A stretch of 64,000 bases of DNA from contig QNYZ01000058.1 of NCBI GenBank assembly GCA_003973265.1, forward strand, positions 8,079-72,078. Reading direction: 5' to 3'. The position numbers were made by a program, and so were the translations under genes. The DNA is from Deltaproteobacteria bacterium. Lineage in GTDB: Bacteria > Desulfobacterota > Desulfobacteria > Desulfobacterales > QNYZ01. Below are positions 47,955-56,569 of the stretch, piece after piece. The notes under the pieces are model-generated. The model was not told the DNA's origin. It worked only from the letters and a program-made list of their open reading frames with translations, and did not search any database. How positions within the stretch are numbered: position 1 is the stretch's first letter; every line of letters starts with the position of its first letter.

Positions 47955-47984
47955 TTGACAGCATAGTTACGATATAGCTAAATT
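47955..47984 (+). promoter_or_regulatory. Candidate sigma-70 promoter of bamB with an overlapping imperfect palindrome
   Basis: TTGACA (47955-47960), 18 nt, then TAAATT (47979-47984). ATATAGCTAAAT (47972-47983) is a 12-bp palindrome with one mismatched pair. AGTTACG lies at 47965-47971. Confidence 0.45.
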
Positions 47985-48135
47985 GTGATTACATTTTTCC
48001 GAAGAGCGGGATAATTGTACGAAATCCACGCGATATTTTTAATTCGCCACTTACCGGTTATCTTCTCTCGGACGAAGGATATGGGTTTTTATTAAATAAC
48101 AACAGAGGGATTCAGGCGCGCTAAAAGGGGAAAAA

Positions 48136-50109
48136 ATGAGGTACGCAGAAACAGGGTTTAATTTGGAAATAGATCTGACCCGGGGAAATATTGAAAAGGT
48201 GGCAACGGATCCGAAAGATACCGAGCTTTACCTGGGGGGGCTGGGAACAAACACCAAGATATTATGGGACAGGGTCCCCCCTGAAACAGACGCCTTTTCG
48301 CCCGAGAATCTTTTAATATTCGGGACGGGCCTGTTGTGCGGTACCGCTGCGACCGGTTGTAACCGGACCATTGTTTCCACCATTTCGCCGCAAACCAAAT
48401 TAATGGCATTTTCAATGATGGGCGGATACTGGGCACCGGAATTGAAATATGCCGGTTACGATAAGGTGGTCCTCCGCGGAAAATCACCGGATCTGGTTTA
48501 TATCTGGATCAACAATGATAAGGTCGAAATTCGCGATGCCTCTCATTTAAAGGGCAAGGGCGCGATTGAAACCGCATCGCTTCTGCAAAAGGAGTTAAAA
48601 GAACCCAAAGCCCAGGTAGCCGCCATCGGTCTGGCCGGAGAAAACCGGGTTTTTTATGCGTCCATCGAGCAGGGCCGTTCCAGTGCCAGCCGGGGCGGTA
48701 TTGGCGCGGTAATGGGTGACAAGAATGTCAAGGCGATCGTTGTTCGCGGTACCCAGGATATCAATATTGCCGATCCTGAAAAATTCATGGATCTCTGCTA
48801 TGAAGTAAACGACTATATCAAGTGGCGCCAGGAGAATCCCATTAAAGGGGTCATTCCGATTCTGGCCATCCTGGGCTCGCCCCAGGAAATGGCCATCCAT
48901 GACGAGCAGTGGCATACCGAAAACTTTTCATGGGGCAATGCCCGTACCCGCCGAAAAGGATTCTGGACCGACGAGGTATCTGAAGAGTGGCTGGAAACCA
49001 TGAACAAAGCCCGGACGCGTTTGATCAGTTGTTATAACTGTCCCATTGCCTGTGGGGCGACTATTTCATTGCCGGGGCTGCCGACTTATATGATGAAGTG
49101 TTTTACGAAACTGACCTATACCATGGCGGCCATGTCGAACCTGGAATTTGGTTTAACCATTGCCCAGCGGGCAACAGAGTATGGCGTGGATGGCTATTCC
49201 GCACCGCAGGTGATGGCGTTTGCCCTGGAACTTCTGGAAAACGGGATTTTATCGGATACGGATTTTCCGGACATGCCGGAAGACAATGAGGGCCGGCATT
49301 TCTACCTGCTTGATAAAATTGTCCGCCGGGAAGGGATTGGCGACGTGCTGGCCAATGGTACCCACTGGGCGGCCAAAGAGATCGGTAACGGGGCCGAGGA
49401 ATACGCCCATAATAATATTAAAAAACAGGAACAGCTGCCGCTCAAGCTCTCCATGCTGAACCCGATCTACTTTTTAATGTATTGTACCGGCGAAAAAATA
49501 AACATTACGCAGATTGAGGGTCAATTTCCCCAGGCTGCTTTTCCCAAGAGGGAGCAGCGGGAAAAATTTGTCAAAGACTGGTTCCAGGTTCCGGATGATA
49601 AGTTCAAGCAATACTTTCTGGACTGGGAACCCCGGGGGGAAAATTCGAATCCGTATTACCCCACGGTTGATATGACCTGCGATATTGTCGACTGGCAGGA
49701 GATGATGCACTATATCGATGATGCGCTGGGTATGTGTGCCGGGCTGTCATCCTTTCATATGAAACCCCCCTATCATATTCACAATTTTCCGCAGTTTATA
49801 ACTGCCGGTGCCGGTATTGAGATGAATGAGGAAAAACTGAAACAGGCGGCCAAGCGGTATCGGACGCTGCTCCGGGCATTTAATATCAACCGGGGGATGC
49901 GGCGAAAAGATGAAAAACCGCCCGAAGACCACTGGAAAAAGCGGTTTCCCGAGTTGGAAAAAGAGCTGCTGGATACCTACTACGTATATAAGGGATGGAA
50001 CGAAGAGGGGATTCCAACCAGAGAATCACTGCATGAGCTGGGCCTTGATTACGTGGCTGAAGATTTTATCTCAAGGGGAATTTTGACGGATGAGGGTAAA
50101 TCTTCCTGA
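48136..50109 (+). CDS. bamB: Class II benzoyl-CoA reductase active-site subunit BamB (tungsten-pterin aldehyde:ferredoxin oxidoreductase family)
   Basis: 657-aa AOR-family protein. Its N-terminus MRYAETGFNLEIDLTRGNIEKVATDPKDTELYLGGLGTNTKILWDRVPPE is very close to my recollection of Geobacter BamB. It is followed by bamC-I in canonical order. Confidence 0.9.
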   Translation: MRYAETGFNLEIDLTRGNIEKVATDPKDTELYLGGLGTNTKILWDRVPPETDAFSPENLLIFGTGLLCGTAATGCNRTIVSTISPQTKLMAFSMMGGYWAPELKYAGYDKVVLRGKSPDLVYIWINNDKVEIRDASHLKGKGAIETASLLQKELKEPKAQVAAIGLAGENRVFYASIEQGRSSASRGGIGAVMGDKNVKAIVVRGTQDINIADPEKFMDLCYEVNDYIKWRQENPIKGVIPILAILGSPQEMAIHDEQWHTENFSWGNARTRRKGFWTDEVSEEWLETMNKARTRLISCYNCPIACGATISLPGLPTYMMKCFTKLTYTMAAMSNLEFGLTIAQRATEYGVDGYSAPQVMAFALELLENGILSDTDFPDMPEDNEGRHFYLLDKIVRREGIGDVLANGTHWAAKEIGNGAEEYAHNNIKKQEQLPLKLSMLNPIYFLMYCTGEKINITQIEGQFPQAAFPKREQREKFVKDWFQVPDDKFKQYFLDWEPRGENSNPYYPTVDMTCDIVDWQEMMHYIDDALGMCAGLSSFHMKPPYHIHNFPQFITAGAGIEMNEEKLKQAAKRYRTLLRAFNINRGMRRKDEKPPEDHWKKRFPELEKELLDTYYVYKGWNEEGIPTRESLHELGLDYVAEDFISRGILTDEGKSS

Positions 50110-50160
50110 AAAGAGACGGCCTCAGATAAAGTGAAAGCATAGAGCACAAAGGAGTAAATT

Positions 50161-50697
50161 GTGACTGGTGAGAAAAAAAAGAAAATAATCAAGACCATCA
50201 GAATTGATGTGGATAAGTGTCATGGTTGCCGGGCGTGTGAGATGATATGCTCCGCTTTTCATGCCAAACCCAGATACAGCAGCAGTAATCCCGCCAGATC
50301 GCGGATTCGTGTTATCCGTGATCCGCTGGCGGATATTTATGTTCCGGTTTATGCGGGCGAATATACTGTTGCCGAATGTGCCGGCCGGGACAAGTATACC
50401 ATCAATGGTAAAGAATACTCCGAGTGCGCCTTTTGCCGGGCTTCCTGCCCGTCAAGAGCCGACTTTAAAGAACCCGATTCCGGTCTGCCGCTGAAATGTG
50501 ATATGTGCGAGGGCGAAGATGAACCGTTGTGCGTCAAATGGTGCACCGTTGATGCGCTCGTTGTTGAAGAAAGAGAAGAAGAAGTGGAGGAAGAGATCGA
50601 ACAGGAAGAACTGGAGGTCGGTCTGGAGGAATTGGCCAGTAAATATGGAATGAATACGATCATGGATGCCATTTCGCGATTATCCAAGAAGGACTGA
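50161..50697 (+). CDS. bamC: BamC, poly-[4Fe-4S] ferredoxin subunit
   Basis: GTG start with AAGGAG upstream. Cys clusters CHGCRACEMIC, CAFCRASCP and CDMC...C, with an acidic C-terminal tail. Confidence 0.85.
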   Translation: MTGEKKKKIIKTIRIDVDKCHGCRACEMICSAFHAKPRYSSSNPARSRIRVIRDPLADIYVPVYAGEYTVAECAGRDKYTINGKEYSECAFCRASCPSRADFKEPDSGLPLKCDMCEGEDEPLCVKWCTVDALVVEEREEEVEEEIEQEELEVGLEELASKYGMNTIMDAISRLSKKD

Positions 50698-50701
50698 ATC
50701 G

Positions 50702-50773
50702 TTTATTGGGTTTATTGAGTTTATTGAGTTTATTGGGTTCATTGGGTTCATTGGGTTTATTGGGTTTGTCGGG
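50702..50773. repeat. Direct tandem repeat, 9-bp unit TTTATTGGG (variants TTTATTGAG, TTCATTGGG, TTTGTCGGG) x8
   Basis: Eight head-to-tail copies read directly from the sequence, beginning 5 nt after the bamC stop, in the intergenic region before bamD. Confidence 0.95.
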
Positions 50774-50866
50774 TTAATTTAGGTTGTTACGTTGAGCGGC
50801 TTTTTTATTCTGTGATTGTATTAATCCGACCCGTTTACCCGTTGACTGAAGGAGATAGTAAAAAAA

Positions 50867-52018
50867 GTGGAAACAGTTGCTCCCTTCATAGAGGTCGTCG
50901 AAGAGATCAAAGAGGCCGGTGGAGAAATATTTAAGCTATGCTTTCAATGCGGATTGTGCGATGCGGTCTGTCCGTGGAACCGGGTTCGTGATTTCAGCAT
51001 GCGCAAACTTATCCGGGAAGCGGCCTTTGGATTAACCGAGATCGATGGCGAAGATCTCTGGCGCTGCACGACCTGCGGGAACTGTCCGACGCAGTGTCCC
51101 CGGGGGGTCAAGCAGATTGATGTGGCGGTTGCGCTGCGCCGTGTGGCAACCGAATACGAAGTTTTTCCTGCATCTGTCAAGTCGGCCAGAACAGCGCGGG
51201 CCAGCTTGATTTCCGAGGGGAACCCCCTTCAGGGAGAGCGGAAAAACCGCTCCCAATGGGCGAAGGATCAATCGATAAAACCGTTCAGCGAAGAGATGGA
51301 GGCGTTGTATTTTGTCGGGTGTTACTTAAGCTATGATCCCAGGATGAAAAAAGTGGCGGTGGCCACCGCCTCCATTCTGAAAAAAGCAGGTGTGGAATTC
51401 GGGATACTGGGCGATCGGGAAAGCTGCTGCGGAGAAAGCATCCGCAAGGCAGGCAGCGAAGAAGTATTTAAAACCCTGGCTAAGGATAACATCAAGACGT
51501 TTATCGAAAAAGGGGTCAAAAAGATCATCGTCTCTTCTCCCCATTGTTACCATACTTTTAAAAACGAATATCCTGAATTCATGGTCCACTTTGAAGTCGT
51601 TCACATGAACCAGTATCTAATGGACCTCATCGAAGACGGGCGGCTTGAATTGAAAGGGGAGTTTTCAAAAAGAGTCACCTACCACGATCCATGTTACCTG
51701 GGACGGCACAACGGCATTTACGATGAGCCCCGAAATATTTTGAACCGGGTGCCGGGACTGGAACTGGTTGAAATGGAAAATTTCAGGAAGAACAGCCTCT
51801 GCTGCGGGGGTGGCGGGGGGCGGATCTGGATGGATACCCCCAAGGAAGAACGGTTTTCCGATATCCGGCTGGAACAGGCCAAAGCGGCTGGCGCAAGCAT
51901 CCTCGCGACTTCCTGCCCATATTGTATTACCAACTTTGAGGAGAGCCGGTTGAATCTGGAATATGAAGACATTGTGGAAATTAAGGATATCACCGAGATC
52001 ATCAATGATATGCTTTAG
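50867..52018 (+). CDS. bamD: BamD, HdrD-like Fe-S protein with two CCG domains
   Basis: [12 protein letters not shown] and [12 protein letters not shown] ferredoxin motifs, plus two CCG-type cysteine-rich domains (CCGES..., DPCYLGR, CCGGGGG, SCPYC). GTG start with AAGGAGA upstream. Confidence 0.85.
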   Translation: METVAPFIEVVEEIKEAGGEIFKLCFQCGLCDAVCPWNRVRDFSMRKLIREAAFGLTEIDGEDLWRCTTCGNCPTQCPRGVKQIDVAVALRRVATEYEVFPASVKSARTARASLISEGNPLQGERKNRSQWAKDQSIKPFSEEMEALYFVGCYLSYDPRMKKVAVATASILKKAGVEFGILGDRESCCGESIRKAGSEEVFKTLAKDNIKTFIEKGVKKIIVSSPHCYHTFKNEYPEFMVHFEVVHMNQYLMDLIEDGRLELKGEFSKRVTYHDPCYLGRHNGIYDEPRNILNRVPGLELVEMENFRKNSLCCGGGGGRIWMDTPKEERFSDIRLEQAKAAGASILATSCPYCITNFEESRLNLEYEDIVEIKDITEIINDML

Positions 52019-52086
52019 AAAGTAAACGCTCGTGCCTGCCGTTTAACCGGCTGATTCAGACATACTTAATTATCAGGAGAAAGAAC

Positions 52087-55000
52087 GTGGAAAACGAAGT
52101 ACTGCCAATCGAAAAGATCCAAGAACTTTCCGAAGTTCTCGGCGATAAAAACTTCGGCGATGTCATGGTTGTGGGCGGCGGAGTGAGCGGTATTCAGGCC
52201 TCACTCGATCTGGCCACGGCCGGATTTAAAGTCTACCTGGTTGAGAAGGGACCCAGCATCGGCGGTCATATGGCCCAGCTGGACAAGACCTTTCCTACCA
52301 ATGACTGTTCGATGTGAATTCTCTCTCCGAAACTGGTCGAGGTCGGCCGGCATCCAAACATTGAGGTTTTGACATTTACCGAAGTGGGAGAGGTAGAAGG
52401 GGAGAAGGGCGACTTTAAGGTCACCCTGGTCAAGAAGCCGCGCTATATCATTGAAGACAAGTGTACCGGCTGCACCACCTGTGTCGAATACTGCCCGGTG
52501 GAATATCCGGACCCGTTCAACCAGGAAATATCAAAAAATAAGGCCGTTCACGTTTATTTTTCCCAGGCGATTCCACTGGTCTCGTATATCGATGAAAGCT
52601 GCCTTTTCCTGAAAGAAAAAAAATGCGACATCTGCCGCCGGGTCTGTCAGACCGGGGCCATTGATTTTACCCAGACGACTGAAAAGACTGGAATAAACGT
52701 CGGCGCGATCATTCTATCCTCCGGTATCACGCCGTTTGATCCCGAAGTGAGGGATGAATATGGCTATACGAAGATGCAGAACGTGGTCACCAGTATGGAC
52801 TACGAGCGCTTATTATCTTCGACCGGGCCATACGAGGGTGAAGTGCGGCGGACGTCTGACAAAAAACATCCCAAAAAAATCGCGTGGCTTCAATGTGTCG
52901 GCTCCCGGCGGGTAACCGAAGGGGATAACAGCTATTGTTCCGGCGTATGCTGCACCTACACCCAGAAACAGGTCATTTTAACCAAAGACCACGATACCGA
53001 GGCCACATGTACGATTTTCCATAATGATATCCGTTCTTTTGGCAAGGATTTTGAGCGATACTTCCAGCGTGCCGAACAACTGCCCGGGGTAGAGTTTATC
53101 CGGAGCTATGCGTCTGTTGTCCGGGAGGTCCCGGAAAGTAAAAATGTGATTATCCGATATGCCACCGACAACGAAGGCGTTGTGGAACGGGAATTTGACC
53201 TGGTAGTGTTGTCGGTGGGACTGAGTCCGCCGGAGGATAACAAAAAATTAGCCGATATATTCGGAATTGAACTCAATGGATACGGATTTTGTGAAGCAGA
53301 TAGTGAAAATCCGATCAAAACCACTCAACCCGGTATCTTCGTCAGCGGTGCCTTCCAGGGGCCGACAGACATTCCCGAATCGGTTTTTACGGCCAGTGGC
53401 GCGGGGGCCCAGTGTGGCGAGCTTTTGGATTACCGGCGGGGCAAGCTGTCTAAAGAAAGGGCCTATCCGCCGGAAAAAGATGTCTCCGGAGAAAAACCCC
53501 GGATTGGCGTTTTTGTCTGTCATTGCGGGGCCAATATCTCAAGCGTCGTGGATGTACCATCCTCGGTTGAGTATGCCTTGAGCCTGCCCAATGTCGTTTT
53601 TGCCAAGGAGCAGTTGTTTTCATGTGCGACCAATTCAGCCCAGGAAATTACCGATCTGGCCAAAGAAAAGGGACTCAACCGTGTGGTGATTGCCGCCTGC
53701 TCTCCTCGAACGCTGGAGCCGCTGTTTCGGGACACCCTTCGTGAGGCGGGGTTGAATCAATACTATTGTGATATGGCCAATATCCGGGAACACTGCTCCT
53801 GGGTGCATGCCAAGCAAAAAGATGAGGCCACGGAAAAGGCGCAGGCTATTATCCGGATGTCAGTGGCCCGGACGGCCCATCTGGAACCATTAAAGGAATT
53901 TGACCTGCCGGTAAATAAAACGGCCCTGGTCGTGGGCGGTGGCATTGCCGGTATGACCTGCGCGCTTTCCATTGCCAATCAAGGCCATGATGTTCATCTC
54001 ATTGAAAAAGAGAAAGAACTGGGCGGAATGGCCTGGCATATTCCCACTACGCTGGAAGGGCTGGATGTGCACGCGTTTTTAAAAGAGACGATCGGCAAAG
54101 TGTATGCCAATCCGCGAATCCATGTCTCCCACGAGGCCACGATCAAATCGGTTACCGGCTATGTGGGCAATTTCGTCACCACGCTGGAAACGGAAGGGCG
54201 GCATAAGGAGATCAAGCATGGGGCCTCCGTCATCGCCATCGGGGCCGAGGAATCCGTTCCGGCTGAATACCTCTATGGTGAAAACGATCGGGTCGTCACC
54301 CACGTGGAGCTGGGCGAGCAGATCGCCCAGGGGGCGGAAACGGTGGCCAGGGCCGAGAATCTGGTGATGATCCAGTGTGTGGGCTGTCGCAATGAAGATC
54401 GAAATTACTGCAGCCGGGTGTGTTGCAGTCATGCGGTCAAAAATGCGCTGAGTTTAAAAAAGCTAAACCCGGCGATGCATGTCTATATCCTGTTTCGGGA
54501 TATGCGAACCTATGGGTTCAGGGAAGAAGCGTACCGGGAAGCGTCGGAAAAAGGGGTTCGGTTTATTCGCTATGATGTGGAAGACAAGCCCATGGTAGAA
54601 GCCGTGGAAGCGGGCGGAAAGTCTCTTTTGAGAGTCATGGTGACAGATCCGATTTTAGGCCAGCGCCTCGAATTAGACGCCGATATCCTTTCTCTGGCGG
54701 CAGCCGTGATTCCTTCCCGGCATACCGAAGAGATCGCCGGGTTATACAAGGTGACACTTAGCCCGGATAACTTTTTTAAAGAAGCCCATGTTAAATTAAA
54801 ACCCGTTGAATTTGCCACAGACGGCGTGTTTCTCTGCGGGATGGCCCACTACCCCAAGCATATCCCGGAAACGATCAATCAGGCCTATGGCGCGGCCGGC
54901 CGGGTATTAACCCTGCTTTCCAGGGATACCGTGGTCGCGTCCGGTTCGGTCTGCGAAGTTAAGGAGTATGATTGTGTCTCCTGCGGGGCCTGTATCACAG

Positions 55001-55224
55001 CCTGCACTTATGAAGCCATCGAATTTGTTGATACGCCCGGGGGCAAGAAAGCCTGGGTCAACCCGATTCTCTGCAAGGGTGATGGGGTCTGCAATGCCAA
55101 GTGTCCGACCAATGCCATTGTTTTAAAACATTTTACCAATGACGCCCTTTTCGGCCAGATTGATGCAGCCATTACCGCTGAAGATATGATCGAACAGATT
55201 GATGCCGTGGCCGAAAAAGTGTAA
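52087..55224 (+). CDS. bamE: BamE, HdrA-like FAD/Fe-S protein (two HdrA modules plus ferredoxin domains), predicted selenoprotein with an in-frame UGA
   Basis: ORFs 52087-52317 and 52369-55224 are in the same frame, with no other stop between them. The junction reads [30 protein letters not shown], the HdrA CSMCIL motif with TGA at the Cys position. Two GxGxxG FAD sites are present ([20 protein letters not shown]). Confidence 0.85.
52315..52317 (+). other. In-frame UGA read as selenocysteine (BamE)
   Basis: The TGA replaces the conserved Cys of the HdrA motif [10 protein letters not shown] stem-loop CTGGTCG-AGGT-CGGCCGG (52333-52350) starts 16 nt downstream and is a candidate SECIS element. 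Confidence 0.75.
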
Positions 55225-55276
55225 ACGGGATAGAATCGATTTCAAACGTGATTGAGCAACCAAAAGGTGAGAGCAA

Positions 55277-56044
55277 ATGAGTCTAAATTCTGAATTTAAA
55301 CCAAAACTACTGGGTTTTGTCTGTCACTGGTGAGTGTATGGGGCCGCGGACCTGGCTGGAGTTTCCAGACTGCAATATACCACAGATATCCGTTTGATTC
55401 GTGTCATGTGTTCGGGCCGGGTCGACCTGGAATTTATATTGAGGGCATTTTTGAACGGGCAGGATGGCGTTTTTATTGGAGGCTGCCGCCTGGATGAGTG
55501 TAATTATGTGACCCATGGAAATTACGATGCCCTGGGCAATACCTATCTGTGCAAGAAACTGCTCGAAAATATCGGCATTGATCCGGACCGGTTGAGGATT
55601 GAATTTATGTCCGGGGCCGATGGCAACATCCTGGCCGATGTCACCTCTGATTTTGCCAACGAGGTAAAGGCGATGGGGCCGCTTGGCAAAGACGAGGGAA
55701 TGGATACCGATGCGGTGCAGCGCCGCCTTAACGCGGTGATGCGCCTGGTTCCCTATATCAAACTGGTGGAAAGAGAGCGGCTGCGGGTGCCCCGCAAAAC
55801 CAGAAAGGCGTACGACGAATTTTTTACCAGTGACGAATTCAACCGGCTGTTTGATGAACTGATTGCCGATAAACTGGCGGTCAGCCGGGTAATGCTGCTG
55901 CTGGAAGAAAAACCCCGGTCGACCGGAGAAATCGTTGAGGCACTGGGGTGGGACCCGTCAGATGTTTCTAAGCATATGAATCGTTCCTCGCAACATGGAT
56001 TGGTTCACTACGATGAAGGCCTTAAACGATATGCGTTGGGATAA
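55277..56044 (+). CDS. bamF: BamF, MvhD-like (methyl-viologen-reducing hydrogenase delta subunit family) protein, predicted selenoprotein
   Basis: ATG 55277 is preceded by AAAGGTGAGAG. The product reads MSLNSEFKPKLLGFVCHW-TGA-VYGAADLAGVSRLQY, the MvhD CxWC-YxGADLAG motif with TGA at the second Cys. The listed ORF 55334-56044 is only the part after the TGA. Confidence 0.8.
55331..55333 (+). other. In-frame UGA read as selenocysteine (BamF)
   Basis: The TGA is in frame with ATG 55277 and with ORF 55334-56044. A small hairpin CTGGA-GTT-TCCAG lies at 55356-55368. Confidence 0.7.
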
Positions 56045-56098
56045 GGGCCTTTTCTAGGCCCGGGGTTAAAGGAAACGGGGAAAATTCAGGAAGCGAAT

Positions 56099-56551
56099 AT
56101 GGATATAGATAGAATCGATCAAATTATTGACAGGCACCAGTGCGAGGCCAGTTCTCTTATTCAGATTTTGCTGGATATTCAAAGTGAGAACCATTGGCTT
56201 TCCAAAGAAGCCCTGACGCGGGTGGGCGAGAAATTACAGGTACCATTTACCCGGATACAGCACATTGCGACCTTTTACAAAGCGTTCAGCCTGGTTCCCA
56301 AGGGGCGCCATGAAGTACATATCTGTGTGGGAACGGCCTGTCATGTCCGGGGTGCCACGCGCATTCTCGATACGGTTAAAGATGTGACGGGTATTATGCC
56401 GGGCGAGACGGACATGGATTTGAAGTTCAGCCTGGAGACGGTGAATTGTCTTGGGTGCTGTGCCCTGGGGCCGGTCGTGGAAATTGACGGAAAAGTTCAT
56501 GGCAAGATGTCGCCGGGAGAGACGGCAGATGTATTAAAAAACTATGAATAG
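56099..56551 (+). CDS. bamG: BamG, NuoE-like [2Fe-2S] thioredoxin-fold ferredoxin
   Basis: NuoE/HoxE pattern with Cys ligands in ICVGTACHVRG and VNCLGCCALGP. Confidence 0.85.
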   Translation: MDIDRIDQIIDRHQCEASSLIQILLDIQSENHWLSKEALTRVGEKLQVPFTRIQHIATFYKAFSLVPKGRHEVHICVGTACHVRGATRILDTVKDVTGIMPGETDMDLKFSLETVNCLGCCALGPVVEIDGKVHGKMSPGETADVLKNYE

Positions 56552-56569
56552 GGTAATGAAGGTTAGATT

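Noticed and set aside
52087-52317. Stand-alone 76-aa FAD-binding fragment, or a bamE pseudogene disrupted by a nonsense mutation
   Set aside because: The TGA falls exactly on a conserved Cys of the HdrA motif, and the frame continues without further stops. The neighbouring bamF shows the same Cys-to-TGA pattern. Selenocysteine recoding is the simpler explanation.
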